NCBI GenBank assembly: GCA_041694835.1
Contig: JBGFRZ010000042.1
Coordinates: 1 to 36,389 of the forward strand
Direction of reading: 5' to 3'
DNA: 36,389 nt
From: Ignavibacteria bacterium
GTDB taxonomy: Bacteria; Elusimicrobiota; Endomicrobiia; PHAN01
The position numbers were made by a program, and so were the translations under genes. How positions within the stretch are numbered: position 1 is the first letter of the stretch; every line of letters starts with the position of its first letter. Positions 25,644 through 33,221 of the stretch are shown one piece after another. Under the pieces are notes generated by a model. It saw only the letters and a list, made by a program, of their open reading frames with translations. It was not told where the DNA came from and ran no database searches.

Positions 25644-26710
25644 TAGTTTCAATTATAGGCGTCGGGCTTATAGGTGGCTCCATCGGGCTTGCTTTGAAGA
25701 AAATAGAGAAAAAAAGTGCCCTTAAAATAATCGGGGTTGGAAGAAATATTGAGAGGTTAAAGTTAGCTCAAAAACTCGGATCGGTCGACGAAATAACAAT
25801 CGACTTAAAAAAAGGCGTCAAAGACGCCGATATAATTTTTGTCTGTCTCCCCGTCGGTTTTATCGCCGATACAATAAAAAAAATCGCCTATTTCTGCAAA
25901 AAAAATGCCATAATAACCGACGTTGGCAGCGTCAAAGCCCCGATAGTTTCTGAAGTCGAAAAGTTTTTCACCAATCACCAATCACCATCCGCCAATCACT
26001 GCAGTTTTATCGGCGGTCATCCCATTGCCGGCTCCGAGAAGACCTCAGTAAAATACGCCGACAAAAATCTTTATAAAAATGCGACTGTGATATTGACGCC
26101 GTGCAAATATACGAGCAAAGTCGCTCTCTCAAAAATTAAATCTCTCTGGAAAAAAATGGGCAGTCTTGTAAAAATAATGTCTCCGTCAAAACACGACACA
26201 ATACTCGCAGAGACGAGCCATCTGCCTCACATAGTTGCTTTCGCTCTTGTAAATGCGGTAAAAAATCCAGACTACACCGGCAGCGGATTTAAAGATACGA
26301 CAAGAATCGCGTCATCAGACCCGAAAATGTGGGCTGGCATAATTTTCAATAACCGAACAAATGTTCGCTCTGCGATAAAAAGTTTCAAAAAAGAAATCTC
26401 AAAAATCGAAAAAGCGAGAAACTTAGACGATTTTATAAAAATTTTTAGGAGTGCGAAAGAAAAACGGGATATGTTACTAAAAAAAAGCAAACCTTTATAC
26501 GAAAGTGAACTCATCAAATTTATCAAAACTTCTTTTAATAAACGGAAAATCCCGCCTACTGTGAGAGAAGTTGCGAAATATTTTCAGGTCTCTATTTCAA
26601 CAGCATATAAACATTTAAATCGATTATCCGATAAAAATTTGATTTCCAAACGATTATCTCAGCATAGCAATAGGCATGTGGCCAGAGGAATACGTATAAT
26701 CAAGAAATAA
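25640..26710 (+). CDS. tyrA: Prephenate/arogenate dehydrogenase fused to a C-terminal LexA-like winged-helix DNA-binding domain
   Basis: GVGLIGGS, TDVGSVK, GGHPIAGSE, SHLPH, GFKDTTRIASSDPKMW; then about 75 extra aa with IPPTVREVAKYFQVSISTAYKHLNRL...ARGIRII. Confidence 0.88.
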   Translation: MIVSIIGVGLIGGSIGLALKKIEKKSALKIIGVGRNIERLKLAQKLGSVDEITIDLKKGVKDADIIFVCLPVGFIADTIKKIAYFCKKNAIITDVGSVKAPIVSEVEKFFTNHQSPSANHCSFIGGHPIAGSEKTSVKYADKNLYKNATVILTPCKYTSKVALSKIKSLWKKMGSLVKIMSPSKHDTILAETSHLPHIVAFALVNAVKNPDYTGSGFKDTTRIASSDPKMWAGIIFNNRTNVRSAIKSFKKEISKIEKARNLDDFIKIFRSAKEKRDMLLKKSKPLYESELIKFIKTSFNKRKIPPTVREVAKYFQVSISTAYKHLNRLSDKNLISKRLSQHSNRHVARGIRIIKK

Positions 26711-26713
26711 TCC

Positions 26714-26744
26714 CGAACATTTGTTCGGGGCGAACATTTGTTCG
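26714..26744. promoter_or_regulatory. Tandem CGAAC-ATTT-GTTCG palindromes (LexA/Cheo-box pattern) or REP-like doublet
   Basis: Two identical 14-mers at 26714-26727 and 26731-26744, between the tyrA stop and the aroA start. Confidence 0.5.
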
Positions 26745-26769
26745 CTATGTCGATGTTTGTTTTTTTGAT

Positions 26770-28035
26770 ATGAACAAATTCAGAAGAATAACCGGTGAAA
26801 TTTATGTTGCGCCGGATAAGTCGATATCACACAGGGCGATTATGATTGCTGCCATCGCCGAAGGGATTTCCCGCATAAAAAACTTTCTTTATGCCGACGA
26901 CTGCATATCGACTATTAAATGTTTTCAGAAACTCGGCGTCGAAGTTGTGGATGAAAAAAATGAAATAATTGTCAAAGGCAAAGGTCCAAACCTTGCCAAC
27001 CCTTTAGATGTTTTAGACGCTGTAAACTCAGGCACTACTGCGCGGCTGCTTTCCGGAATTCTCGCGGGACAAAATTTCTCGTCAAAAATTATCGGCGACG
27101 AGTCACTTTCGAAAAGGCCGATGAAAAGAATAATTGAGCCACTTGAAAAAATGGGTGCAAAAATCAGAGCGCGAGAAAATAATTTTCTTCCGATTGAAAT
27201 AACAGGGGGAAAACTTAAACCCATAAATTACAACTCTAAAATAACATCGGCTCAGGTAAAATCCTGCGTGCTTCTTGCCGGACTTTACGCCGACGGGGTC
27301 ACAAAATTTTCAGAACCGCATAAATCCCGCGACCACACAGAAAGGATGCTTGAAAACTTCGGCGCACAAATAGAATCAAACAAAAATACTATGACTATAA
27401 AAGGAATAGCGAAACTTAAAGCGTCTGATATTCTCGTCCCAGGCGATATTTCATCGGCCGCTTTTTTTGTGGTTGCGGCTACAATAATTAAAAATTCAAA
27501 ATTAAGAATTAAAAATGTTGGTGTCAACCCAACGAGAACGGGAATAATCGACATAATGTCAAGAATGGGCGCAAAAATTTTTTTTGAAAATGAAAAAACA
27601 ATAAACAACGAGCCGATAGCAGACATAATCGTAGAATCGTCCCAGTTGAAGTCCACCATCATAAAAGGCTCTGACATACCGCGCCTAATTGATGAAATTC
27701 CCGTCATAGCGGTTGCGGCAACTCAATCGGAAGGCGAGACACTCATCATGGAAGCAAAGGAACTCAGGGTCAAGGAGACGGACCGACTTAAAGCGGTCGC
27801 GTCTGAACTCAAAAAAATGGGAGCGGATATAGAAGAACTCGAAGATGGTTTAATTATCTGCGGCCCGACAAAACTAAAAGGTGCGAAAGTGGAGTCACGC
27901 AACGACCACAGAATGGCGATGTCACTGACCATAGCGTCGCTTGTTGCCGACGGAAAGACGACGCTCAAAAATCCCGAATGCGTCAATATTTCATTTCCAT
28001 TATTCTATGAAACGCTTAAAAAAATTACAAAATGA
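26770..28035 (+). CDS. aroA: 3-phosphoshikimate 1-carboxyvinyltransferase (EPSP synthase)
   Basis: DKSISHRA, NSGTT, RPMKR, SAQVKS, SRDHTE, ELRVKETDR, DHRMAM. Confidence 0.96.
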   Translation: MNKFRRITGEIYVAPDKSISHRAIMIAAIAEGISRIKNFLYADDCISTIKCFQKLGVEVVDEKNEIIVKGKGPNLANPLDVLDAVNSGTTARLLSGILAGQNFSSKIIGDESLSKRPMKRIIEPLEKMGAKIRARENNFLPIEITGGKLKPINYNSKITSAQVKSCVLLAGLYADGVTKFSEPHKSRDHTERMLENFGAQIESNKNTMTIKGIAKLKASDILVPGDISSAAFFVVAATIIKNSKLRIKNVGVNPTRTGIIDIMSRMGAKIFFENEKTINNEPIADIIVESSQLKSTIIKGSDIPRLIDEIPVIAVAATQSEGETLIMEAKELRVKETDRLKAVASELKKMGADIEELEDGLIICGPTKLKGAKVESRNDHRMAMSLTIASLVADGKTTLKNPECVNISFPLFYETLKKITK

Positions 28036-28083
28036 CGGGGGCGGATATAAAATCAAAGACATGTCAAAAGAGTATCTCGGCGA

Positions 28084-28614
28084 ATGTTTGATAAAATAAA
28101 AAAATTAAGAACTTTGATTTCTTTAGGCGTCATCGGACCGCTTGTTTTTTATCCTTTTGTATTTTGCCCTTTCCGTCTGCCGTATCTATACTGCTCTATC
28201 TGCCACTTAAAATGTGTTTGGGGAAGATACAGATGGTTTTTGCTTTTAGGAATATTGGGATTAAATTTGAGGAAAAAATTTTATTGTTCGTCCCTGTGCC
28301 CGTGCGGGACGATTCAGGATTTGGAGCATAAAGCAAAGACAAAAAAATTTATTTTGCCTTTATGGAGCCGTCACATCAGATATTTTATCTTGGGCCTGGT
28401 GATTGCATTTATGCTTGCAATCGGCAGGGGATATTTTTCGTCTTTTGTCAGCGACCAAGTTTTTTGGGGGGCTGTCGGCATTGTATTCGTGGTTTCGTTT
28501 TTTATCCATAGATTCTGGTGTCTGCTCTTTTGTCCAACATGGGCATTGAGTGATATAGTTTTAAAAGTAAAAAAATTTTTAGCAAAAAAAACAATGCCTC
28601 GCAACTATGAGTGA
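28084..28614 (+). CDS. Small Cys-rich membrane protein of the NapH/RdxA (4Fe-4S binding, Fer4_5-like) type
   Basis: Several TM segments; FYCSSLCPCGTIQD and RFWCLLFCP motifs; no C-terminal ferredoxin domain. Confidence 0.65.
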   Translation: MFDKIKKLRTLISLGVIGPLVFYPFVFCPFRLPYLYCSICHLKCVWGRYRWFLLLGILGLNLRKKFYCSSLCPCGTIQDLEHKAKTKKFILPLWSRHIRYFILGLVIAFMLAIGRGYFSSFVSDQVFWGAVGIVFVVSFFIHRFWCLLFCPTWALSDIVLKVKKFLAKKTMPRNYE

Positions 28615-29284
28615 CTATAAAATTAAAAACTTGCCGAAAGAAGAAAAACCGAGAGAAAAACTCATAAACTCGGGTCCCGAGTCGCTAAAAAATTATGAAC
28701 TTCTGGCGATTATCCTCGGCAAGGGTAACAAAAAAGAAAACGTTTTTGAAATCTCAAAAAGGGTCATCGAAGAATATGGTTCGGGAACCGCCGCTTCAGA
28801 GACAGGCGTTAAAAAAATAACGGGGTTGTTTTCTATCGGCACAGTGCAATCGTGTCAGATAGTGGCGTGTTTCGAACTCGGACGGCGGTTTTTCGGCAAA
28901 TCGAGGAAAGAAATATATATACGCTCGCCGAAAGACGCATACGAATATCTCGCCGATATGGGAAAACTTACCAAAGAACACTTCCGCGGACTTTATCTGG
29001 ATGTCAAAAATAAACTGCTTCATAACGAAAATATTTTTATCGGGACGCTTTCATCAACGCTCATTCATCCGAGAGAAATTTTTCAGCCGGCGATAAAACA
29101 CTCTGCGGCGGGAATTATACTTGCCCACAATCATCCGTCGGGGGACCCTGAACCGAGCGAAGATGACATCAAAATCACGCGCAAAATTTTAGATGCCTCA
29201 AAAGTGCTTGAGATAAATATACTCGACCATATAATCATCGGCGATGCAGAGTTTATAAGTTTGAAAGAAAAAGGTATAATCTGA
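28607..29284 (+). CDS. radC: RadC-family JAB domain protein
   Basis: KPREKL, ELLAIILG, HPREIF, AHNHPSGDPEPSEDD, LDHIIIG. Confidence 0.93.
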   Translation: MSDYKIKNLPKEEKPREKLINSGPESLKNYELLAIILGKGNKKENVFEISKRVIEEYGSGTAASETGVKKITGLFSIGTVQSCQIVACFELGRRFFGKSRKEIYIRSPKDAYEYLADMGKLTKEHFRGLYLDVKNKLLHNENIFIGTLSSTLIHPREIFQPAIKHSAAGIILAHNHPSGDPEPSEDDIKITRKILDASKVLEINILDHIIIGDAEFISLKEKGII

Positions 29285-29305
29285 TCAAGTAAAAGGTAGC
29301 CGGTT

Positions 29306-29983
29306 ATGAAAAAAAAGAACATCGTTGCTATTGACGGGCCGGCTGGGGCGGGGAAATCGGCGGTCGCAAAAATCGTCGCGAAAAAACTCGGCTTCCTATA
29401 CATTGACACAGGCGCAATGTATAGAGCAATTACATGGAAAGTCGTCAGAGAAAAAATTCCTTTGAATGACATCGACAGTGTGGTAGCCATGGCAGAAAAA
29501 ACTAATATCCAGTTGAAAAACGCTAACAAAAAACTGAGGATATTCGTCGATGGCTGCGATGTTTCAACGGAAATCAGAAAAGAAAAAATATCAAGGTTCA
29601 CCAACGAAATCGCGCCCATCGGCGGCGTCAGGAGCATTTTAAGACAAAAACAGCAGGAACTTGGGAAAAACGGCGAGGTTGTCATGGAAGGCAGAGACAT
29701 CGGAACATGCGTCTTCCCGGAAGCGAAATTCAAATTTTATCTTGATGCCTCTATAGAGGAAAGGGCCAAAAGACGATATTCCCAGCTTCTAAAAAAAGGC
29801 GACAGAGTCACTCTTAAAAAGATAAAGGAGGCGATCGCCGAAAGAGATTACAAAGACAAAAATAGGGGCATAAATCCCTTAAAGCAGGCTGATGACGCCG
29901 TAGTTATAGATTCGACTCATCTTACGCTTAAAGAAGTCGCAAAGACTATACTAAGTTATGTCAGGAAGAAGCATAAAAGATAA
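29306..29983 (+). CDS. cmk: Cytidylate kinase
   Basis: AIDGPAGAGKS, IDTGAMYRA, MEGRDIGT. Confidence 0.96.
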   Translation: MKKKNIVAIDGPAGAGKSAVAKIVAKKLGFLYIDTGAMYRAITWKVVREKIPLNDIDSVVAMAEKTNIQLKNANKKLRIFVDGCDVSTEIRKEKISRFTNEIAPIGGVRSILRQKQQELGKNGEVVMEGRDIGTCVFPEAKFKFYLDASIEERAKRRYSQLLKKGDRVTLKKIKEAIAERDYKDKNRGINPLKQADDAVVIDSTHLTLKEVAKTILSYVRKKHKR

Positions 29984-30569
29984 TTTTACATACTATATTG
30001 GCTGGAAACTCTGCAGGTTTTTGTTTCTCACGTTGAGAAGATGCAAAGCCGAAGGTATAGATAACATCCCGCACTCCGCCCCTTTCATAGTCGCATCGAA
30101 CCACGCGAGTTACATAGACCCGCCGCTCGTGGGTGCGGTCTGTAAAATCCCTCTGAACTACATGGCAAAAAAGGAACTCTTTTCCGTTCCTTTGCTCGGA
30201 TTCATCCTTCCCAGAATAAACGTCTTCCCCGTAAACAGGGAAGCGTCGGACGTAGGGGCAATAAGGACCGCCTTGAAAATATTAAAAGCATCAAAATCAC
30301 TCCTCATCTTTCCCGAGGGAACGAGGGGGAAAAACATATCGGAGGATTCTTCGATAAAAACGGGGATCGGATACTTCGCGTGCCAAATGCAAATACCGGT
30401 TGTTCCGGTTTATCTTAAAAATACAGCTCAATTTTTCTCCCTCAAACCGATAAAAGTTTTTTTCGGAAAACCTATCTTTCCGCCAAAAAATTATACGAAA
30501 TCCGACTACGAATCTTTCTCTAAAAAAATAATGAAAGAAATCGAAAATCTTTCAAAAACTGAAAAATAA
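29958..30569 (+). CDS. plsC: 1-acyl-sn-glycerol-3-phosphate acyltransferase
   Basis: NHASYIDP, MAKKELF, IFPEGTR, PVVPV. Confidence 0.9.
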   Translation: MSGRSIKDNFTYYIGWKLCRFLFLTLRRCKAEGIDNIPHSAPFIVASNHASYIDPPLVGAVCKIPLNYMAKKELFSVPLLGFILPRINVFPVNREASDVGAIRTALKILKASKSLLIFPEGTRGKNISEDSSIKTGIGYFACQMQIPVVPVYLKNTAQFFSLKPIKVFFGKPIFPPKNYTKSDYESFSKKIMKEIENLSKTEK

Positions 30570-30570
30570 A

Positions 30571-31434
30571 ATGATAAATATAACGCTTGCCAAAAACGCC
30601 GGTTTCTGCTTCGGAGTAAAGAGAGCCATCGACATCGTAGAAAAACTTTCAGAATCTGGCAAAAAAATATACACAAACGGCCCCATAATCCACAACCCCC
30701 AGGTTATAGAGAATCTCTCGCAAAAAGGCATCTGCTCGATTAATAATATAAAAAAAATTAGACCGGATGCGACGCTCGTAATCAGAACTCACGGAGTCAA
30801 AAAAAATTTTTACATGACGACGCCAAAGGATTTGAAAATCGTGGATGCAACATGCCCTTTCGTAAAGAGGGCACAGGATATAGTGAAGAAACTTTCAAGT
30901 CAGAGCTATTGTATCGTGATACTCGGTGACAAAAAACATCCGGAAGTCGAGGGGCTTGTATCCTACACGGATAAAGTGTCAAACAAAGCGATAATCGTAA
31001 AAGATCTGAAAGAAATAAAAAAAATTAAACTTCCTGAAAAAATAGGATTCTTAAGCCAAACAACGCAATCCATAAATGAATTTAAAAAAATAGCCTCTTA
31101 TCTAAAGAGAAAATGTAAAAATGCATCAGTATTCGACACGATCTGCCGCACCACATCTGAAAGACAAAATGAAGTTGAGAAAATTTCGAAAAAATCTGAT
31201 ATAATGATGGTTGCCGGAGGGAAAAACTCTGCGAACACCAAGCGTCTCGCCGCGATTTCGCGCAAGAACACAAAAACGCATCACATAGAAACCGCCGGGG
31301 AGCTGAAAAAAAACTGGTTTAAAGGCAAAAAAATTATAAGCGTTTCCGCGGGGGCATCTACTCCTGACTGGATAATAAATGATGTCGTAGAAAAAATAAA
31401 AAGCATATACAGAGGACAGACATGGAAGAAATAA
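30571..31434 (+). CDS. ispH: 4-hydroxy-3-methylbut-2-enyl diphosphate reductase
   Basis: AGFCFGVKRA, IHN, DATCPFV, QTT, TICRTT, SANT, AGASTP. Confidence 0.95.
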   Translation: MINITLAKNAGFCFGVKRAIDIVEKLSESGKKIYTNGPIIHNPQVIENLSQKGICSINNIKKIRPDATLVIRTHGVKKNFYMTTPKDLKIVDATCPFVKRAQDIVKKLSSQSYCIVILGDKKHPEVEGLVSYTDKVSNKAIIVKDLKEIKKIKLPEKIGFLSQTTQSINEFKKIASYLKRKCKNASVFDTICRTTSERQNEVEKISKKSDIMMVAGGKNSANTKRLAAISRKNTKTHHIETAGELKKNWFKGKKIISVSAGASTPDWIINDVVEKIKSIYRGQTWKK

Positions 31435-33080
31435 AGAAAAATGGGACAACTGAAATATCTCACATCGATGGCGAAAGTATCTCGATGGACGAACTTTTGG
31501 GAAAATCGGATATCAAGTTTCTTGAGTCGGGGACGGTTCTTCCCGCAATATTTGTAAGAAAAACTCCCGAAGGATATCTATTCGACATCGGACAAAAAAG
31601 GGAGGCTATCGTACCGAAATCTGAAAACATACCCGACGAAGTTCTTCTGTCCGCGATAAAGGTCGTGGTCGTAAAACCGAACGCCCCGGAATACTCGGGA
31701 CAGAGCGTCATATCATACAGAGCGATTGCAAAAAAAGAAGCTCTGATAAAAATCAAAGAAGCTTTTGAGAATAAAACCCATATAAGCGGGATTGTTACAA
31801 AGGTCGTCAATGGCGGATATCTGATCGACCTCGGCATTGACGCCTTCCTGCCGGCGACTCACGCCACGAAAAAGAAAGAAAAGATGCTTGCCAGAAAAAT
31901 AAATTGCATGGTGATAGATCTCAGAGAAGACAAAGTCGTGGTTTCAGAGAAGGAATATGTCGAAAAAGAAAGAGAGAGGGCACTTGCCGATATTTTGGGT
32001 AAACTTAAACCCGGAGATATCGTTGAGGGAACCGTAACATCAATAGCGAAATTTGGAGCGTTTGTGGACATAGGCGGAATCGACGGACTACTTCACGTAA
32101 ACGACATATCGTGGAACGGTGTGGAAAAAGTTGAAGATGTCCTTAAATCTGACCAGAAAATAAACGTAAAGGTTCTTTCGATAAACCCTGAAGAGAAAAA
32201 GATATCACTCGGACTTAAGCAGCTCACCGATGACCCGTGGAAGAAAGTTCGAGAAAAATACAAAGTCGGAGACATTGTAAAATGCAAAGTAAGTAATATC
32301 ACCAGCTTCGGAGTTTTTCTTGAGATAGAAAGTGGTATCGATGGTCTCCTCCATATTTCGGAGGTCGACTGGCAGAATCCAAATCCCGATCTTAGAAAAA
32401 CATTTACCAAAGGACAGAAAATCGAAGCGAAGATAATATCGCTTGACCCGGAAAAAAATAAAATCGCCCTTTCGGTGAAACAGCTAAAAGAGAGCCCGTG
32501 GGAGGCGGCGGCAAAGAAGATATCAAACGGTTCGGTTCTGGACGCCACCGTCTCAAATATCCTTCCTTTCGGAGCCGTACTAAGGCTTGAAGACGGCATT
32601 GCCGGAACGCTCCACATTAAAAACTTCGACTGGTTTAGAAGTTATTCAAGCCCCTCGGTGATTTTAAAAATCGGTGATGTCGTAAAAGTCTATGTTTTGG
32701 ATTTCAAGCCCGATAAGCAAACGCTCGAACTTTCACTTAAGCACCTGAAGGGGAATCCTTTCGAAAAATATAAATTAAAGACGGTAGCTGAAGGAAAAGT
32801 TGTAAAAATTTCAAAAGCCGGAGTAATCGTTTCTCTTGAAGAAGGCGTCGAGGCGTTCGTGCCAAAAATGGAGATTTCAAGGCAGAAGATAGAAAGCGTT
32901 GATTCGGTCATTAAAACAGGTGAGCGTGTTACGGGGATAGTGATAACGAGTGACCCGACAAAGAGAAAAATAGAGCTCTCTATAAAAAAATTCGAAATAG
33001 CACAGGAAAAAAAACTCATCTCAAAATACTCTTCCGAGAAACCCGGCCCATCCCTCAAGGATATCCTTGAAGAGCTGTGA
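31422..33080 (+). CDS. rpsA: 30S ribosomal protein S1
   Basis: Multiple S1 repeats (FGAFVDIGGIDGLLHVNDISW, FGVFLEIESGIDGLLHISE); position after cmk-plsC-ispH. Confidence 0.9.
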   Translation: MEEIKKNGTTEISHIDGESISMDELLGKSDIKFLESGTVLPAIFVRKTPEGYLFDIGQKREAIVPKSENIPDEVLLSAIKVVVVKPNAPEYSGQSVISYRAIAKKEALIKIKEAFENKTHISGIVTKVVNGGYLIDLGIDAFLPATHATKKKEKMLARKINCMVIDLREDKVVVSEKEYVEKERERALADILGKLKPGDIVEGTVTSIAKFGAFVDIGGIDGLLHVNDISWNGVEKVEDVLKSDQKINVKVLSINPEEKKISLGLKQLTDDPWKKVREKYKVGDIVKCKVSNITSFGVFLEIESGIDGLLHISEVDWQNPNPDLRKTFTKGQKIEAKIISLDPEKNKIALSVKQLKESPWEAAAKKISNGSVLDATVSNILPFGAVLRLEDGIAGTLHIKNFDWFRSYSSPSVILKIGDVVKVYVLDFKPDKQTLELSLKHLKGNPFEKYKLKTVAEGKVVKISKAGVIVSLEEGVEAFVPKMEISRQKIESVDSVIKTGERVTGIVITSDPTKRKIELSIKKFEIAQEKKLISKYSSEKPGPSLKDILEEL

Positions 33081-33221
33081 CTCTTATTGTCCTGTGCCAT
33101 GAATGGCTGTGCTTCCTTTGGGGACAAGATGTTCTTTATTTACCGCCATTTCTCTCCGTCAAGAAGTAAGGTGTTTCATAACTCCAACGGGATTAATCAA
33201 AAAATTTTCAGCGGACAAATT

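Noticed and set aside
30571-33080. ispH-rpsA as a frameshifted bifunctional fusion
   Set aside because: rpsA has its own GAGGA RBS and ATG; a short overlap in a cmk-plsC-ispH-rpsA operon is ordinary.
33081-33221. Weak hairpin (TTGTCC...GGACAA) and the ORF extension from 33087
   Set aside because: No recognisable RNA family or element ends; the signal peptide indicates a start at 33222.
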